Shown here piece after piece: positions 31,678 through 41,304 of a DNA stretch of 64,000 nt (within the stretch, counting starts at the first letter, position 1; every line of letters begins with the position of its first letter). Below the pieces are notes generated by a model. It was not told where the DNA came from. It saw only the letters and a program-made list of their open reading frames with translations, and did not search any database. The translations under genes were made by a program, and so were the position numbers. The DNA is from an uncultured Gemmatimonadaceae bacterium (GTDB lineage: Bacteria; Gemmatimonadota; Gemmatimonadetes; Gemmatimonadales; Gemmatimonadaceae): positions 1 to 64,000 of the forward strand of contig CAWBOC010000004.1 in NCBI GenBank assembly GCA_963790305.1, given 5' to 3'.

Positions 31678-31761
31678 CTACGCGCCCCGACCTTTCGTTC
31701 GTATGACGAGACCACACCTTCTCGCCCGCACCGTCGTGGGCTGGCTTCGATCCTCGTGCAC

Positions 31762-33057
31762 ATGACGCCGGACCTGGGACTCGTCGAACACCTGCGGGGC
31801 GCGTTCCACCGACGCGACACGGGCGCGATACGACATCTCTTCGAGCAGCATCCCGAGCTCCGCCAGCAGCTCGACGCGCCCGTCTTCGGCTTCGACTCAC
31901 CCGCGATCGTCGCCTACGCCGACGACCTCCCAATGGTGGAGCTGCTCCTCGAGCTCGGCGCCGACCCCAACCGCCGTAGCAACTGGTGGGCAGGAGGCTT
32001 CCATCCCCTGCACTCCGCCACGGGCGCCGCCGCGGAGCGTCTGCTCGCCGCGGGAGCGGTGCCCGACGCATGCGCCGCGGCGCAGCTCGATCGCATTGAT
32101 CTGCTCGGGCGAATGATTGGCGAAAATCCCGCTCGCGTGCACGAGCGAGGGGGTGACGGGCAAACTCCGCTCCATTTCGCGAAGTCACGGGCTGTCATCG
32201 ACCTTTTGCTCGACGCCGGCGCCGACATCAATGCGCGCGACGTCGACCATCGTGCGACTCCCGCCCAATGGATGCTCGATCGCCGCCGCGGCGCCGGCCG
32301 GTACGATCTCGCGCGATACCTCGTCGAGCGGGGCGCATCGGCCGACATCTTTCTCGCCGCCGCGCTCGGCCTCGCTAGCCGCGTGCGCTCGATGCTCGAG
32401 GCCGATGCTTCCCTCCTCGACGTGCGCACCGGCCGCGGCGACTACGGCGAGAAGCCGCCGAGCAGCTATCACATTTATTTCTGGACGATCGGTGACGGCC
32501 GGTCGCCGCTCGATGTCGCCTCGCAGTTCGAGCAGTGGGAGACGCTCGATGTCATGCTCGCGTTCGCCACGCCGATACAGCACCTCCTCGCTGCATGCCG
32601 AGCCGGCAATGCCGAGAAAGCGCGCGCCGTTGTGCGCGATCATCCCGGGATCGTGGCATCAATGTCGGCTGCGCAGCACCGAGCGATCTCCAATGCCGCA
32701 TGGAACGGTAATGCGCGGGCCGTGACGCTGATGCTCGAGATGGGATTCGATCCCCGCGCACCGGGCCATGATTCGGGAACGGCGCTGCACTGCGCTGCCT
32801 GGGAGGGCTCGATGGAGACGGTAGAGGCGCTGCTGCGCCATTCGGACGCGCGCACACTCCTGTCGATCAGAGACGCCCGCTACGGTGCGACGCCGCTCGG
32901 TTGGTGTTGTCACGGCTCATTGCACGGGAACACGCGCCGCGATCACGCCGGAATTGCACAACGGCTCCTCGATGCCGGAGCGAAGGTCGGCCGAGATACG
33001 ACCGACGCGTCGCCATCGGTGCAAGCGGTGCTCGAGCGAGCGCGGCGGAGCGACTGA
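31762..33057 (+). CDS. Ankyrin repeat protein
   Basis: GQTPLHFA...LLLDAGADINAR, GTALHCAAWEG, GATPLGW. Confidence 0.9.
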   Translation: MTPDLGLVEHLRGAFHRRDTGAIRHLFEQHPELRQQLDAPVFGFDSPAIVAYADDLPMVELLLELGADPNRRSNWWAGGFHPLHSATGAAAERLLAAGAVPDACAAAQLDRIDLLGRMIGENPARVHERGGDGQTPLHFAKSRAVIDLLLDAGADINARDVDHRATPAQWMLDRRRGAGRYDLARYLVERGASADIFLAAALGLASRVRSMLEADASLLDVRTGRGDYGEKPPSSYHIYFWTIGDGRSPLDVASQFEQWETLDVMLAFATPIQHLLAACRAGNAEKARAVVRDHPGIVASMSAAQHRAISNAAWNGNARAVTLMLEMGFDPRAPGHDSGTALHCAAWEGSMETVEALLRHSDARTLLSIRDARYGATPLGWCCHGSLHGNTRRDHAGIAQRLLDAGAKVGRDTTDASPSVQAVLERARRSD

Positions 33058-33098
33058 TGCCACTGCTCGGTTCCCCAATCGCCCCTCGGAGAAAACAC

Positions 33099-33551
33099 GT
33101 GCGCTACTCCGCCATCCTCTGCATCGCCGCGCTGTGCGGTGTCAACGCGGTCGGTGCGCAGTCATCGGCGCAGCCATCCTCGGACGTCGCGACGATCCGC
33201 CGACTCGACTCTCTCTGGGCTCAAATGTACGCCCGGCACGACACGATGCTGGCGCGCTCGCTCTACGCCGAGGACCTGGTCTTCACGAGCGCAAACGGGA
33301 ATCAGAAGACCCGGGAAGAGGAGCTGGCCGACGTGCGACCGCAGGCGGGGCTCGCCATGGACTACTTCCGCACCACGCCGACGCAGGTCCGGGTGCACGA
33401 AGGAGCAGCGGTCGTGACCGGCACCGCGGAATGGCGATTCACCTGGAACGGCCAGACGCGCGACGTGAAGCGCGGCTACACGATCACGTACTCGAAAGGC
33501 GGGCCGCTCGGCTGGCGCATTCTCGCCGTCCACATGGGCGCCACACGTTAG
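33099..33551 (+). CDS. Secreted NTF2-like (DUF4440) protein
   Basis: Signal peptide; LYAEDLVFTSANG...VRVHEGAAVVTG...WRILAVH. Confidence 0.85.
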   Translation: MRYSAILCIAALCGVNAVGAQSSAQPSSDVATIRRLDSLWAQMYARHDTMLARSLYAEDLVFTSANGNQKTREEELADVRPQAGLAMDYFRTTPTQVRVHEGAAVVTGTAEWRFTWNGQTRDVKRGYTITYSKGGPLGWRILAVHMGATR

Positions 33552-33567
33552 GCATCCAAGCCTCTCA

Positions 33568-34131
33568 ATGCGACCTCTCTGTTTACTGTTTCTCGCGACG
33601 ACTGCCGCGATCGCCGCGTCAGGCTGCCCTGCCAGCGAGCCGGCCGACGCGCCGCAAGCGGAGCAGGTTCCCCAGTCGGCCGCGGTTGCCGCGGCGGCGC
33701 CGTGGTATAGCCGAGTGCGCACCATCGACCTTACCGGCGACGGGCGGGCAGACAGCGCTCGCCTCGAGGCAACAGGCGCACGTCCGGATAGTCTCCGGAT
33801 CACGTTGTCTCTTCTCGTCAACGGACACGAGAAGCATCGAGAGACGTGGGGCAGCAGCTACGAGCTCGCCCTGGTGGATTCGGGCGCTCGTGTCTCTCCC
33901 AGCGTGAGCGCGGTCGTGCGTGCGAAGCTCGACAGTGTGCTGGCGAGCCTGGTCGTCCAACGGCTCGACGAGCCTGGCGTCAAGCTCATGGCAGAAGACA
34001 GCGCGGCGCTCGCTGGGCTCGAGCCGCGGCCCACACATCGTGTATCGTTCTCGTACGGGTACGAGACGACGGTGCGTCTGGTGTGGGACGCGCCGCGCGA
34101 ACGGTTCGTTCGATTGTGGAGTTGCTGCTGA
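33568..34131 (+). CDS. Hypothetical lipoprotein
   Basis: IAASGC lipobox; DLTGDGRAD Ca-binding-like loop; C-terminal CC. Confidence 0.7.
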   Translation: MRPLCLLFLATTAAIAASGCPASEPADAPQAEQVPQSAAVAAAAPWYSRVRTIDLTGDGRADSARLEATGARPDSLRITLSLLVNGHEKHRETWGSSYELALVDSGARVSPSVSAVVRAKLDSVLASLVVQRLDEPGVKLMAEDSAALAGLEPRPTHRVSFSYGYETTVRLVWDAPRERFVRLWSCC

Positions 34132-34165
34132 GCGGATTACCAACGAGATGAAGGAGAGAGATCGC

Positions 34166-35032
34166 ATGTTACGCACAGCCTTTGCTGCCTCCCTGATTTT
34201 CGTCACCGCTGCCCTTGCCGATGCGCAGGCGGTGGGCAAGCGCGTCAAGGTGAACGGGATGCAGATGTATTACGAGGTCTCCGGCACTGGCGATCCGCTG
34301 GTCGTGCTGCACGGGGCATACATGAACATCCCGACGATGGGAGCGATCATCCCGAGGCTCGCCAAGACCCACCGAGTCTATGCGGTGGAGCTCCAGGGCC
34401 ACGGCCGCACGACCGACATCGACCGGCCCATCACCTATCCCAACATGGCCGATGACGTCGCGGCATTCATGGATGCGGTCGGTCTCCCAAAGGCCGACGT
34501 GTTCGGCTACTCCATGGGCGCCGTCGTGGGACTACAGCTCGCCATTCGCCACCCGGCAAAGGTGAACAAGCTCGTCGGGGCCTCGGTCGCCTACAATGTC
34601 GAGGGCTGGCAACCGGTGTTCAAGGATTTCATCCCACAGATGACGGTGGAGATGGTCCTTCAGATGCCGTTCGCGAAGGAATACCCCAAGCTTGCCGCCA
34701 ATCCCCAAGGCTTTCCCGAGCTGGCCAGGAAGCTGATCGCGCTCGAGAAGGAGCCAATGGCGTGGGCGGAAGATGTAAAGGCGATGAAGACTCCGGTGCT
34801 CATCATCACCGGCGACGCCGACGTTTCGACGCTCGAGCATTCGGTGGCAATGTTCCGGCTGCTCGGCGGCGGCATCATGGGCGACATGGGGAAACCGCTG
34901 CCGGCCTCGCGACTCGCCGTCATGCCGGCGACGGCTCACACCGCCGTCATCACGCAGCCCGACCTGCTGCATGCCTTCATCGAGCCGTTTCTGAAAGGTC
35001 AGACACCGAAGGGGATGTTCGAGCAGCAGTGA
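34166..35032 (+). CDS. Secreted alpha/beta hydrolase
   Basis: AAGGAG RBS; LHG, QGHGRT, GYSMG nucleophile elbow. Confidence 0.92.
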   Translation: MLRTAFAASLIFVTAALADAQAVGKRVKVNGMQMYYEVSGTGDPLVVLHGAYMNIPTMGAIIPRLAKTHRVYAVELQGHGRTTDIDRPITYPNMADDVAAFMDAVGLPKADVFGYSMGAVVGLQLAIRHPAKVNKLVGASVAYNVEGWQPVFKDFIPQMTVEMVLQMPFAKEYPKLAANPQGFPELARKLIALEKEPMAWAEDVKAMKTPVLIITGDADVSTLEHSVAMFRLLGGGIMGDMGKPLPASRLAVMPATAHTAVITQPDLLHAFIEPFLKGQTPKGMFEQQ

Positions 35033-35039
35033 GGGAACT

Positions 35040-35564
35040 GTGGAGACTCCACGTTTGCAGCTCGTGCCATGGTCTCCAGCGCTGCTCATTACCCTGATCG
35101 AGCAACCCGAGCGCTTCGAGGCGCTCGGTGGATTCCCCGCCGCCGCTGGACTGCGTGAGTTCTTCGTGTCCGGCGACGTTTCTCCCGAGTGGCTCGGCCG
35201 CCTCAAGGCCGCTGCTGCGGCAGACCCTTGGCGTCACGGATTCTTTGTCGTCGAGCGCGAGCGACGGGCGATCATCGGCACCGCGGGGTTCAAAGGCCCG
35301 CCGGACGCTGATGGGATGGTCGAGATCGCGTACGGCATCGTTCCGAGCTTCGAAGGCCGTGGCTACGCGACCGAGGCTGCGATGGCACTCGTGCGCTTCG
35401 CACTGGCGACCGGAAATGTAACGCTCATTCGCGCTCATACTCTCCCGGAAGCAAATGCATCGACGCACGTGCTGTCCAAGTGTGGCTTCCGTCACACGGA
35501 CGATGTCATTGACCCTGACGATGGTCCGGTGTGGCGATGGGAGCTGCGTATGAGGAGCGACTGA
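35040..35564 (+). CDS. GNAT (RimJ/RimL-like) acetyltransferase
   Basis: [16 protein letters not shown]...EGRGYATEA...N.S..VL.KCGF. Confidence 0.92.
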   Translation: METPRLQLVPWSPALLITLIEQPERFEALGGFPAAAGLREFFVSGDVSPEWLGRLKAAAAADPWRHGFFVVERERRAIIGTAGFKGPPDADGMVEIAYGIVPSFEGRGYATEAAMALVRFALATGNVTLIRAHTLPEANASTHVLSKCGFRHTDDVIDPDDGPVWRWELRMRSD

Positions 35565-35576
35565 CGCGCCGACCCC

Positions 35577-35618
35577 TTGCTTATCTACAAGACGTCTCCT
35601 ATACTCTCTTGTAGATAA
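35577..35618 (+). promoter_or_regulatory. Promoter with PadR-type operator
   Basis: TTGCTT-N17-TATACT overlapped by a perfect inverted repeat TTATCTACAAGA-N14-TCTTGTAGATAA (35581-35618). Confidence 0.8.
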
Positions 35619-35628
35619 CCAAGGCCAG

Positions 35629-35958
35629 ATGACCAAACCGACGGATCTCGTCCAGGGCACGCTCGACCTCCTGATCATGCGCACCATCGCCACCGAGCCG
35701 CTTCACGGGTGGGCGATCGCACAGCGCATCGAGCAGCTGTCGAAGGACGTGCTGCGCATCAACCAGGGTTCGCTCTATCCGGCGCTCCAGCGCCTCGAGC
35801 GCCAGGGCTGGATTACCGCCGATTGGGGCGTCTCCGAAACGAACCGCCGCGCGCGTTTCTATCGGCTGACGGCGGCCGGCCGGCGGCGGCTGAAGGAGGA
35901 GCGCGAGGACTGGGAGCGACTCTCGGCGGCGATCTCGCTCGTCATGAGAACGGCGTAG
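35629..35958 (+). CDS. PadR family regulator (acidobacterial type)
   Basis: QGTLDLLI...[11 protein letters not shown]...[29 protein letters not shown]. Confidence 0.95.
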   Translation: MTKPTDLVQGTLDLLIMRTIATEPLHGWAIAQRIEQLSKDVLRINQGSLYPALQRLERQGWITADWGVSETNRRARFYRLTAAGRRRLKEEREDWERLSAAISLVMRTA

Positions 35959-35973
35959 CCACCGAGGAGATCC

Positions 35974-38610
35974 GTGCGAATTCTTCACCAGATCGTCGCG
36001 CTCTGGCGCTCGTTGTTCCGGAGCGCACGCATCGACGCCGACCTCGCCGACGAGATGCGCTTTCACATCGAGCGGGAGACGGAAGCGAACATCGCACGCG
36101 GGATGTCCCCCGAGGCGGCGCACCGCGCGGCGCGTCTCAAGTTCGGCAGCGTCGAGGTCGCGCAGGAAACGTCGCGCGACGAGCGGCCCGGCGTGGGCGC
36201 TCGCCGGATGCTCCAGGACGTCCGCTTCGGCGTGCGGCTCCTCCGCAAATCACCGGCATTTGGCATCACCGCGATCGCGATCGTCGCGCTGGGGATCGGC
36301 GCCGCCACGGCGATTTTCAGCGTCGTGTACGGCGTGATGCTCAAGCCCCTGCCCTTTCGCGAGCCGGAACGACTCGTCGGCATCTGGTTGCAATGGAAGG
36401 TCGGTCGCGGGCTATCCCGCCGCCGCCGACGCCGTCGAGCTGCGTCGAGCTGCGCGGCGTCTTCGAGGACGTCGCACTGTTCGAGAACGCGAACCTCAAT
36501 CTCGTCGGCGACGGGGAGCCTCAGCGACTCCAGGGTGCGAGCGTCTCACCGAATCTCTTCTCGGTGCTCGGCGTCTCGCGCAGCGTTGGGTCGGACATTC
36601 GCGCCTGACGAGGATCAAGCGGGGCGCGAGCGGGTCGTGCTGTTGAGCGATGCGTTGTGGCATGGGCGGTTCGCCGCCGACCGAGCGGTCATCGGCCGAC
36701 AGATTCGTCTCAACGGATCACCGCACACGATCGTCGGTGTCATGCCGCCCGATTTTCAGTACCCATCCAGTGCGCACCAGGCGTGGGTGCCGCTCGTGCT
36801 CGAGCCCGGCGAGCTCACGCGCGCGGTGACGGATAACTACAGTGTCGTCGCCCGACTCGATGCGCGCGCGACGCTGGACCAGGCACGCCGGGAGGCGGCG
36901 GCGCTGGCCAGGCGTCTGGCGACGACCGCTCCGGGCGGCCAAGGTCCGGGCATGACGGTGGACCCAATGCTCGACGACTGCGGTGCGTGACGTGCGCCCC
37001 ACGCTTCAATCCTCCTGCTGGGAGCGGTCTCCTTTCTTCTGCTCATCGCCTGTGTGGATCTGGCGAATCTGTTCGGCGCGCGGGCCACGTGCCCGGAGCG
37101 GCGAGTTCGCGGTGCGACTGGCGCTCGGCGCCTCGCGCAAGCGGTTGATCGCACAAGCGATCGCCGAGGCTGCGCCGAGCCTTGCTGTTGGGCGGGGTGC
37201 TTGGCGTCGTCCTGGCCGACTGGGCGGTGAGCGTGTTCGTCGCGACCGCGCCGGCGGGATTGCCGCGAGTCGAGAATATTGCATTGAGCACGACCGGTCG
37301 TTGTCGTTCTCGTTCACCCTGCTCGTCCTCACGGGCTGCGCGGCGAGCATTGCGCCGGCGGTGCAGGCATGGCGCTCGGACTTCACGGCGATCGCGAAGG
37401 AGGGAGGACGGTCGTCGACACACGGGCGCGCGCGCGTGGCGGCGCGAAGATTCGGTGTCGCCGCGCAAATCGCGTTCGCCCTTCCCTTGCTCGTCGGCGC
37501 CAGCCTGCTGCTCCGAAGCGCGGTCAACGTCACGCGCGTGGATCTCGGCTTCAGACCCGAGCGTGTCACAACGGTGTCGTTCGAGGTATCACGCAGCCAG
37601 CACCCCTCGGACCAGGAGGTCGCCGACTATTACGCGCGATCTGGTCGAGGCCGTCCGCGGCGTACCCGGCGTCGCGAACGTCAGCCCTGGTGAATCGGAT
37701 TCCGCTCGGCGGCGGGCAGACCAACCGGTGCAGTTCGAGACCGCAGACAGGCGACGACCGAGCTGACGAACGTCGACACGCGAACGGTGACACCCGAGTA
37801 CTTCGCAGACGCTCGGCATCAGGCTCATTGCCGGCCGCGCGTTTACCGAGCACGATGCCGCGGATGCTCCCGAAGTGGCGATCGTCGATGACCGGGTGGC
37901 CCGAACGATCTGGCCCGGCGAGACGGCAGTCGGTAAGCGCTTTCGCGGACCGGCATGGCGGGGTGGCGAATGGGTTAGCGTCATCGGTGTCGTCGCGCAT
38001 GTGCGGACGACCGGACCGGAGGTCGATCCGGCTGCCGCAGGTCTATTGGAGCTATCGGCAGTGGACGCAGGATCGCATGGTGCTGGCGGTGCGAAGCGCA
38101 GAGCGAATCGGAGTGCCGATCGCGCCGGTGATCAGGGCGATTCGTTCCGTCGACCCGGAGCAAAGCGTCTACAACGTGCGCACGATGGCCGAGATCGTCG
38201 ATCGTTCGATGGCCCGGCGGCGCCTAACGACGCTCCTGATGGCGGCGTTCAGCGGCCTCGCGCTGTTGTTGGCGGCCGTCGGGATCTACGGGGTCGTGGC
38301 GTACGGCGTCGCACAGCGAATGCGGGAATTCGGGATCCGCGTCGCTCTCGGCGCGACGCGTCGGGATGTCACTCGACTGGTGGTCTGGCAGGGGACCTCG
38401 ATGGCGATCGCCGGCTCAGCCGTCGGCCTGACGCTGGCGATCGCGGGGGCGGGACTCATGCGAAATCTCGTCTACGAGGTGGCACCGACGGACTGGCGAG
38501 CATTCTTGGCGCGACGAGCGCTGCTGATGTTCGTCGCCGCTGTCGCGAGCTACATCCCAGCTCGTCAGGCGGCGGCGGTGGATCCCGGTATGGCGCTGAG
38601 GGCCGAGTAG
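35974..38610 (+). CDS. ADOP-type duplicated MacB/FtsX ABC permease (several frameshifts)
   Basis: EMRFHIE, LQDVRFGVRLLRKSP, EFAVRLALGA, AAVGIYGV...EFGIRVALGA, VDP..ALRAE. Confidence 0.92.
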
Positions 38611-38617
38611 GGCGGCC

Positions 38618-39814
38618 ATGAGTGCTCACTTCCGCACTGTGCTCGCTGCATCCGCGGCGGCCGCCTGCGCCGCAGGTGGCATACGCGAACAATCTCCGAC
38701 CTACCAGCCGCAAAGAGCCGAGCTGGCGCTGCGCACCGGCCGCGTTCTGGACCCGGTTGCCGGCCGCTACACCGAGTCGGCAGTGATCCTCATTCGCAAC
38801 GGACGAATCTCGGAACTCATGCCAGCGCGCGAGTTTCGCGCCGACCTGGCCGACAGCGTCGTGGATCTCAGCCGGCTCACCGTTCTACCCGGGCTGATCG
38901 ATGGCCACGTCCACCTCGGCATCGGCGGGACTGTCGCGTCGAACGCGCTCGCGGATTTACGCGCGGGCTTCACGACGGTCGTCGATCTGGGTGCGCGGAC
39001 GCATCGGCTCCTGCAGCTCCGCGACTCGATCAACGCCGGTCACATTCCGGGGCCGCGGGTCCTCGCGGCTGGCATCTGGGTCGGGGTGAAGGGAGGCGTG
39101 TGCGAGTTCAACGGCATTGGCATCGCGGGAGGCCCGGAAGAGTTTCGAGGGCGCATTCGAGCGAACGCCATTGCGGGCGCGGAGATCGCCAAGCTGTGTC
39201 TCTCGGGTTGGCCGGGGCAAGCGTTCGCCGAGCCGGCATCGTACGAGCTGCCTGACGACGTCATACGCGCGAGCGTCGCCGAGGCGCGTGCCCTCGGCCT
39301 GATCACCGTCGCGCACGCCATCAGTCTCGGGAGTGTGCGCGCGGCGCTGGACGGCGGCGTGGACGGACTCGCCCACGCAGCGTACGTCGACTCGGCTACG
39401 GCCGTGCGAATGCGCACCCAGCGAATGTTCATGGTGTCCACGCTGGCGGCGCTCACGAGTGGCGACTCATCGATCGGCGCCAGATCGCTGATGCATGCCC
39501 TGTCGCTCGCGGCACGGAATGGCGTGCCGATCGTGTTCGGCACCGACGGAGGCGTGCTGCCGCATGGCCGGAACGCGGAGGAGCTGCGCGCGCTGGTAGC
39601 CGCCGGATTGTCACCGCTGGACGCGATTCGCGCGGCCACTGTGAACGCCGCGCGTGCGTTCCGAATTCAGGATTCCGTCGGCACCATCGGGCCCGGGAAA
39701 GGCGCGGATCTCATTGCCGTGGCCGGCGATCCGCTGGCAGACATTGGGACGCTCGACCGTCCCGTTCTGGTCCTGTCCCGCGGGCGAATCGTTCGCGACG
39801 ACCGTACGCCCTGA
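38618..39814 (+). CDS. Amidohydrolase family lipoprotein
   Basis: LPGLIDGHVH, AHA, FGTDGG, GTIGPGKGADLI. Confidence 0.92.
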   Translation: MSAHFRTVLAASAAAACAAGGIREQSPTYQPQRAELALRTGRVLDPVAGRYTESAVILIRNGRISELMPAREFRADLADSVVDLSRLTVLPGLIDGHVHLGIGGTVASNALADLRAGFTTVVDLGARTHRLLQLRDSINAGHIPGPRVLAAGIWVGVKGGVCEFNGIGIAGGPEEFRGRIRANAIAGAEIAKLCLSGWPGQAFAEPASYELPDDVIRASVAEARALGLITVAHAISLGSVRAALDGGVDGLAHAAYVDSATAVRMRTQRMFMVSTLAALTSGDSSIGARSLMHALSLAARNGVPIVFGTDGGVLPHGRNAEELRALVAAGLSPLDAIRAATVNAARAFRIQDSVGTIGPGKGADLIAVAGDPLADIGTLDRPVLVLSRGRIVRDDRTP

Positions 39815-39820
39815 AACCAT

Positions 39821-39893
39821 TTTCTTACCGCCGAGGACGCAGAGGTACGCCGAGGAAAACTTCAGCGTCCTCTGCATCCTCTGCGTCAAGAAA
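39821..39893. repeat. REP-like hairpin built from ~9-bp units, between convergent genes
   Basis: TTTCTTACCGCCGAGGACGCAGAGGTACGCCGAGG...GCGTCCTCTGCATCCTCTGCGTCAAGAAA. Confidence 0.7.
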
Positions 39894-39930
39894 GCTCACT
39901 CGATCTCGCAGGGGTGGGTTGCCGAACGCC

Positions 39931-41161
39931 TTACTCGAGCTGATCGGCGTGGGCGATCGCCCAACGCGCGACCGCTTGACCCAGGTCCTGGCCCGCTGTG
40001 ATGTCGAAGCGGTAGTGGATGCCGGCGTACATCCGTGACAGCCCCGCTTCCACCACCCAGCCGTCCAGCTCTGCCCCTCGTGCAGGGAAAATGTCTTTCA
40101 ACACCGTCGCGGCCGCGGCCGAGACGCAGGAGTGCCCCGAGGGATACGATGGATGGTTGGGCAAGCCGAAGCTCAACGTGATCCCCGGATCCGCCTGGCT
40201 GGGCCGCAGCGTCCAATAGAAGTACTTCGCGTCCCAGCAGCCGATCATCGCATCCATCATGGCCGCGCCCATCAGCGCGAACGCACGCGTCGCGGCACGC
40301 TCGTTCAGCCCAAATGTTCCAATGTAGTTGGCGGCGGTGAGATTCCAGTAGCCCGGCGGCGTGAACGTTCCCGTCGGGAAGTTCCAGAACAGCGCGATAG
40401 CGTTCTGCGCGGGCGTGCGGGTGTCCGACAGAGATCGAATCTCTCCCAGGTCAGTGAGAAAGGCGGGTGAGTTGAACACGGGTGGCGGCGGTGGCCGGAA
40501 TTGCGCACCCGAGGTCAAGAGATACGGCGTGACCCCGCCGAACGTCGCGCCCGCGGGCGGGCCGTTCGCGGTCCACAACCCGGGCCCCACTGGAACGGTC
40601 CCGGTCCACGGCGCGGTGAAGCGGTCGACCCTCAGACGCTCTACCATCGCGGCGCCTGCGTTGTCGCCAATGGCGAGACCCCGCGTGTAATGCGGATGCA
40701 CGTTCCCTGGTCCGGCTGCGCCTTCCGCCTGTGCGCGTTGATTCAGGGCCCCGGCGGCCGCCGGGAACAGGAAGCCCAGCACACGAGCCAGATGCGCCGG
40801 CGACTGCACCACGACGAGCTTCGAGCGCGCTCCGTCCGCCTGCGCCGACGCCATTCGCCGGCAGCTGATCGTCCTGATCGGCATCGGGAGTCGCCAACAC
40901 GGCCTGGTACTGCGCAACACCAAGCGCCGCGTAGACCCGCGTCGCCGCGAGCGGACTCATGTTGTTCGCGCCGACGAGCGCTCTCGCCTGCGCCTGCCAC
41001 CCGATGCTCGAGGGCGCGGCGGCCAGGTCCGAGACCTTCGTCGCAAGTCCATCAATGTCTCCCCTCGACAGTGCCGGGGGTGCCGTACTCGGGTCCGAGC
41101 ACGACGTCGCCATGACGGCGACGATCACAAGACCAAACGTCCCAAGCGCTTTCCGCGACAT
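39931..41161 (-). CDS. Vanadium-dependent haloperoxidase / PAP2-superfamily lipoprotein (frameshift ~40800)
   Basis: AGGAGG RBS; MATSC lipobox; KYFYWTLRP, HPSYPSGH, SRMYAGIH. Confidence 0.88.
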
Positions 41162-41304
41162 ACTTCCTCCTGGAATTGATTTATCGGTTCGCTGCTGAAG
41201 TTTTTGGCAGACGCCAACGTGTCGATGACCTCCTGCGCCAGCCATGGCGCGCGTATGTTGGAGCCGGGCAGTGAACGCGAAGTGTCGCCCCGGTAAATTC
41301 GCCG

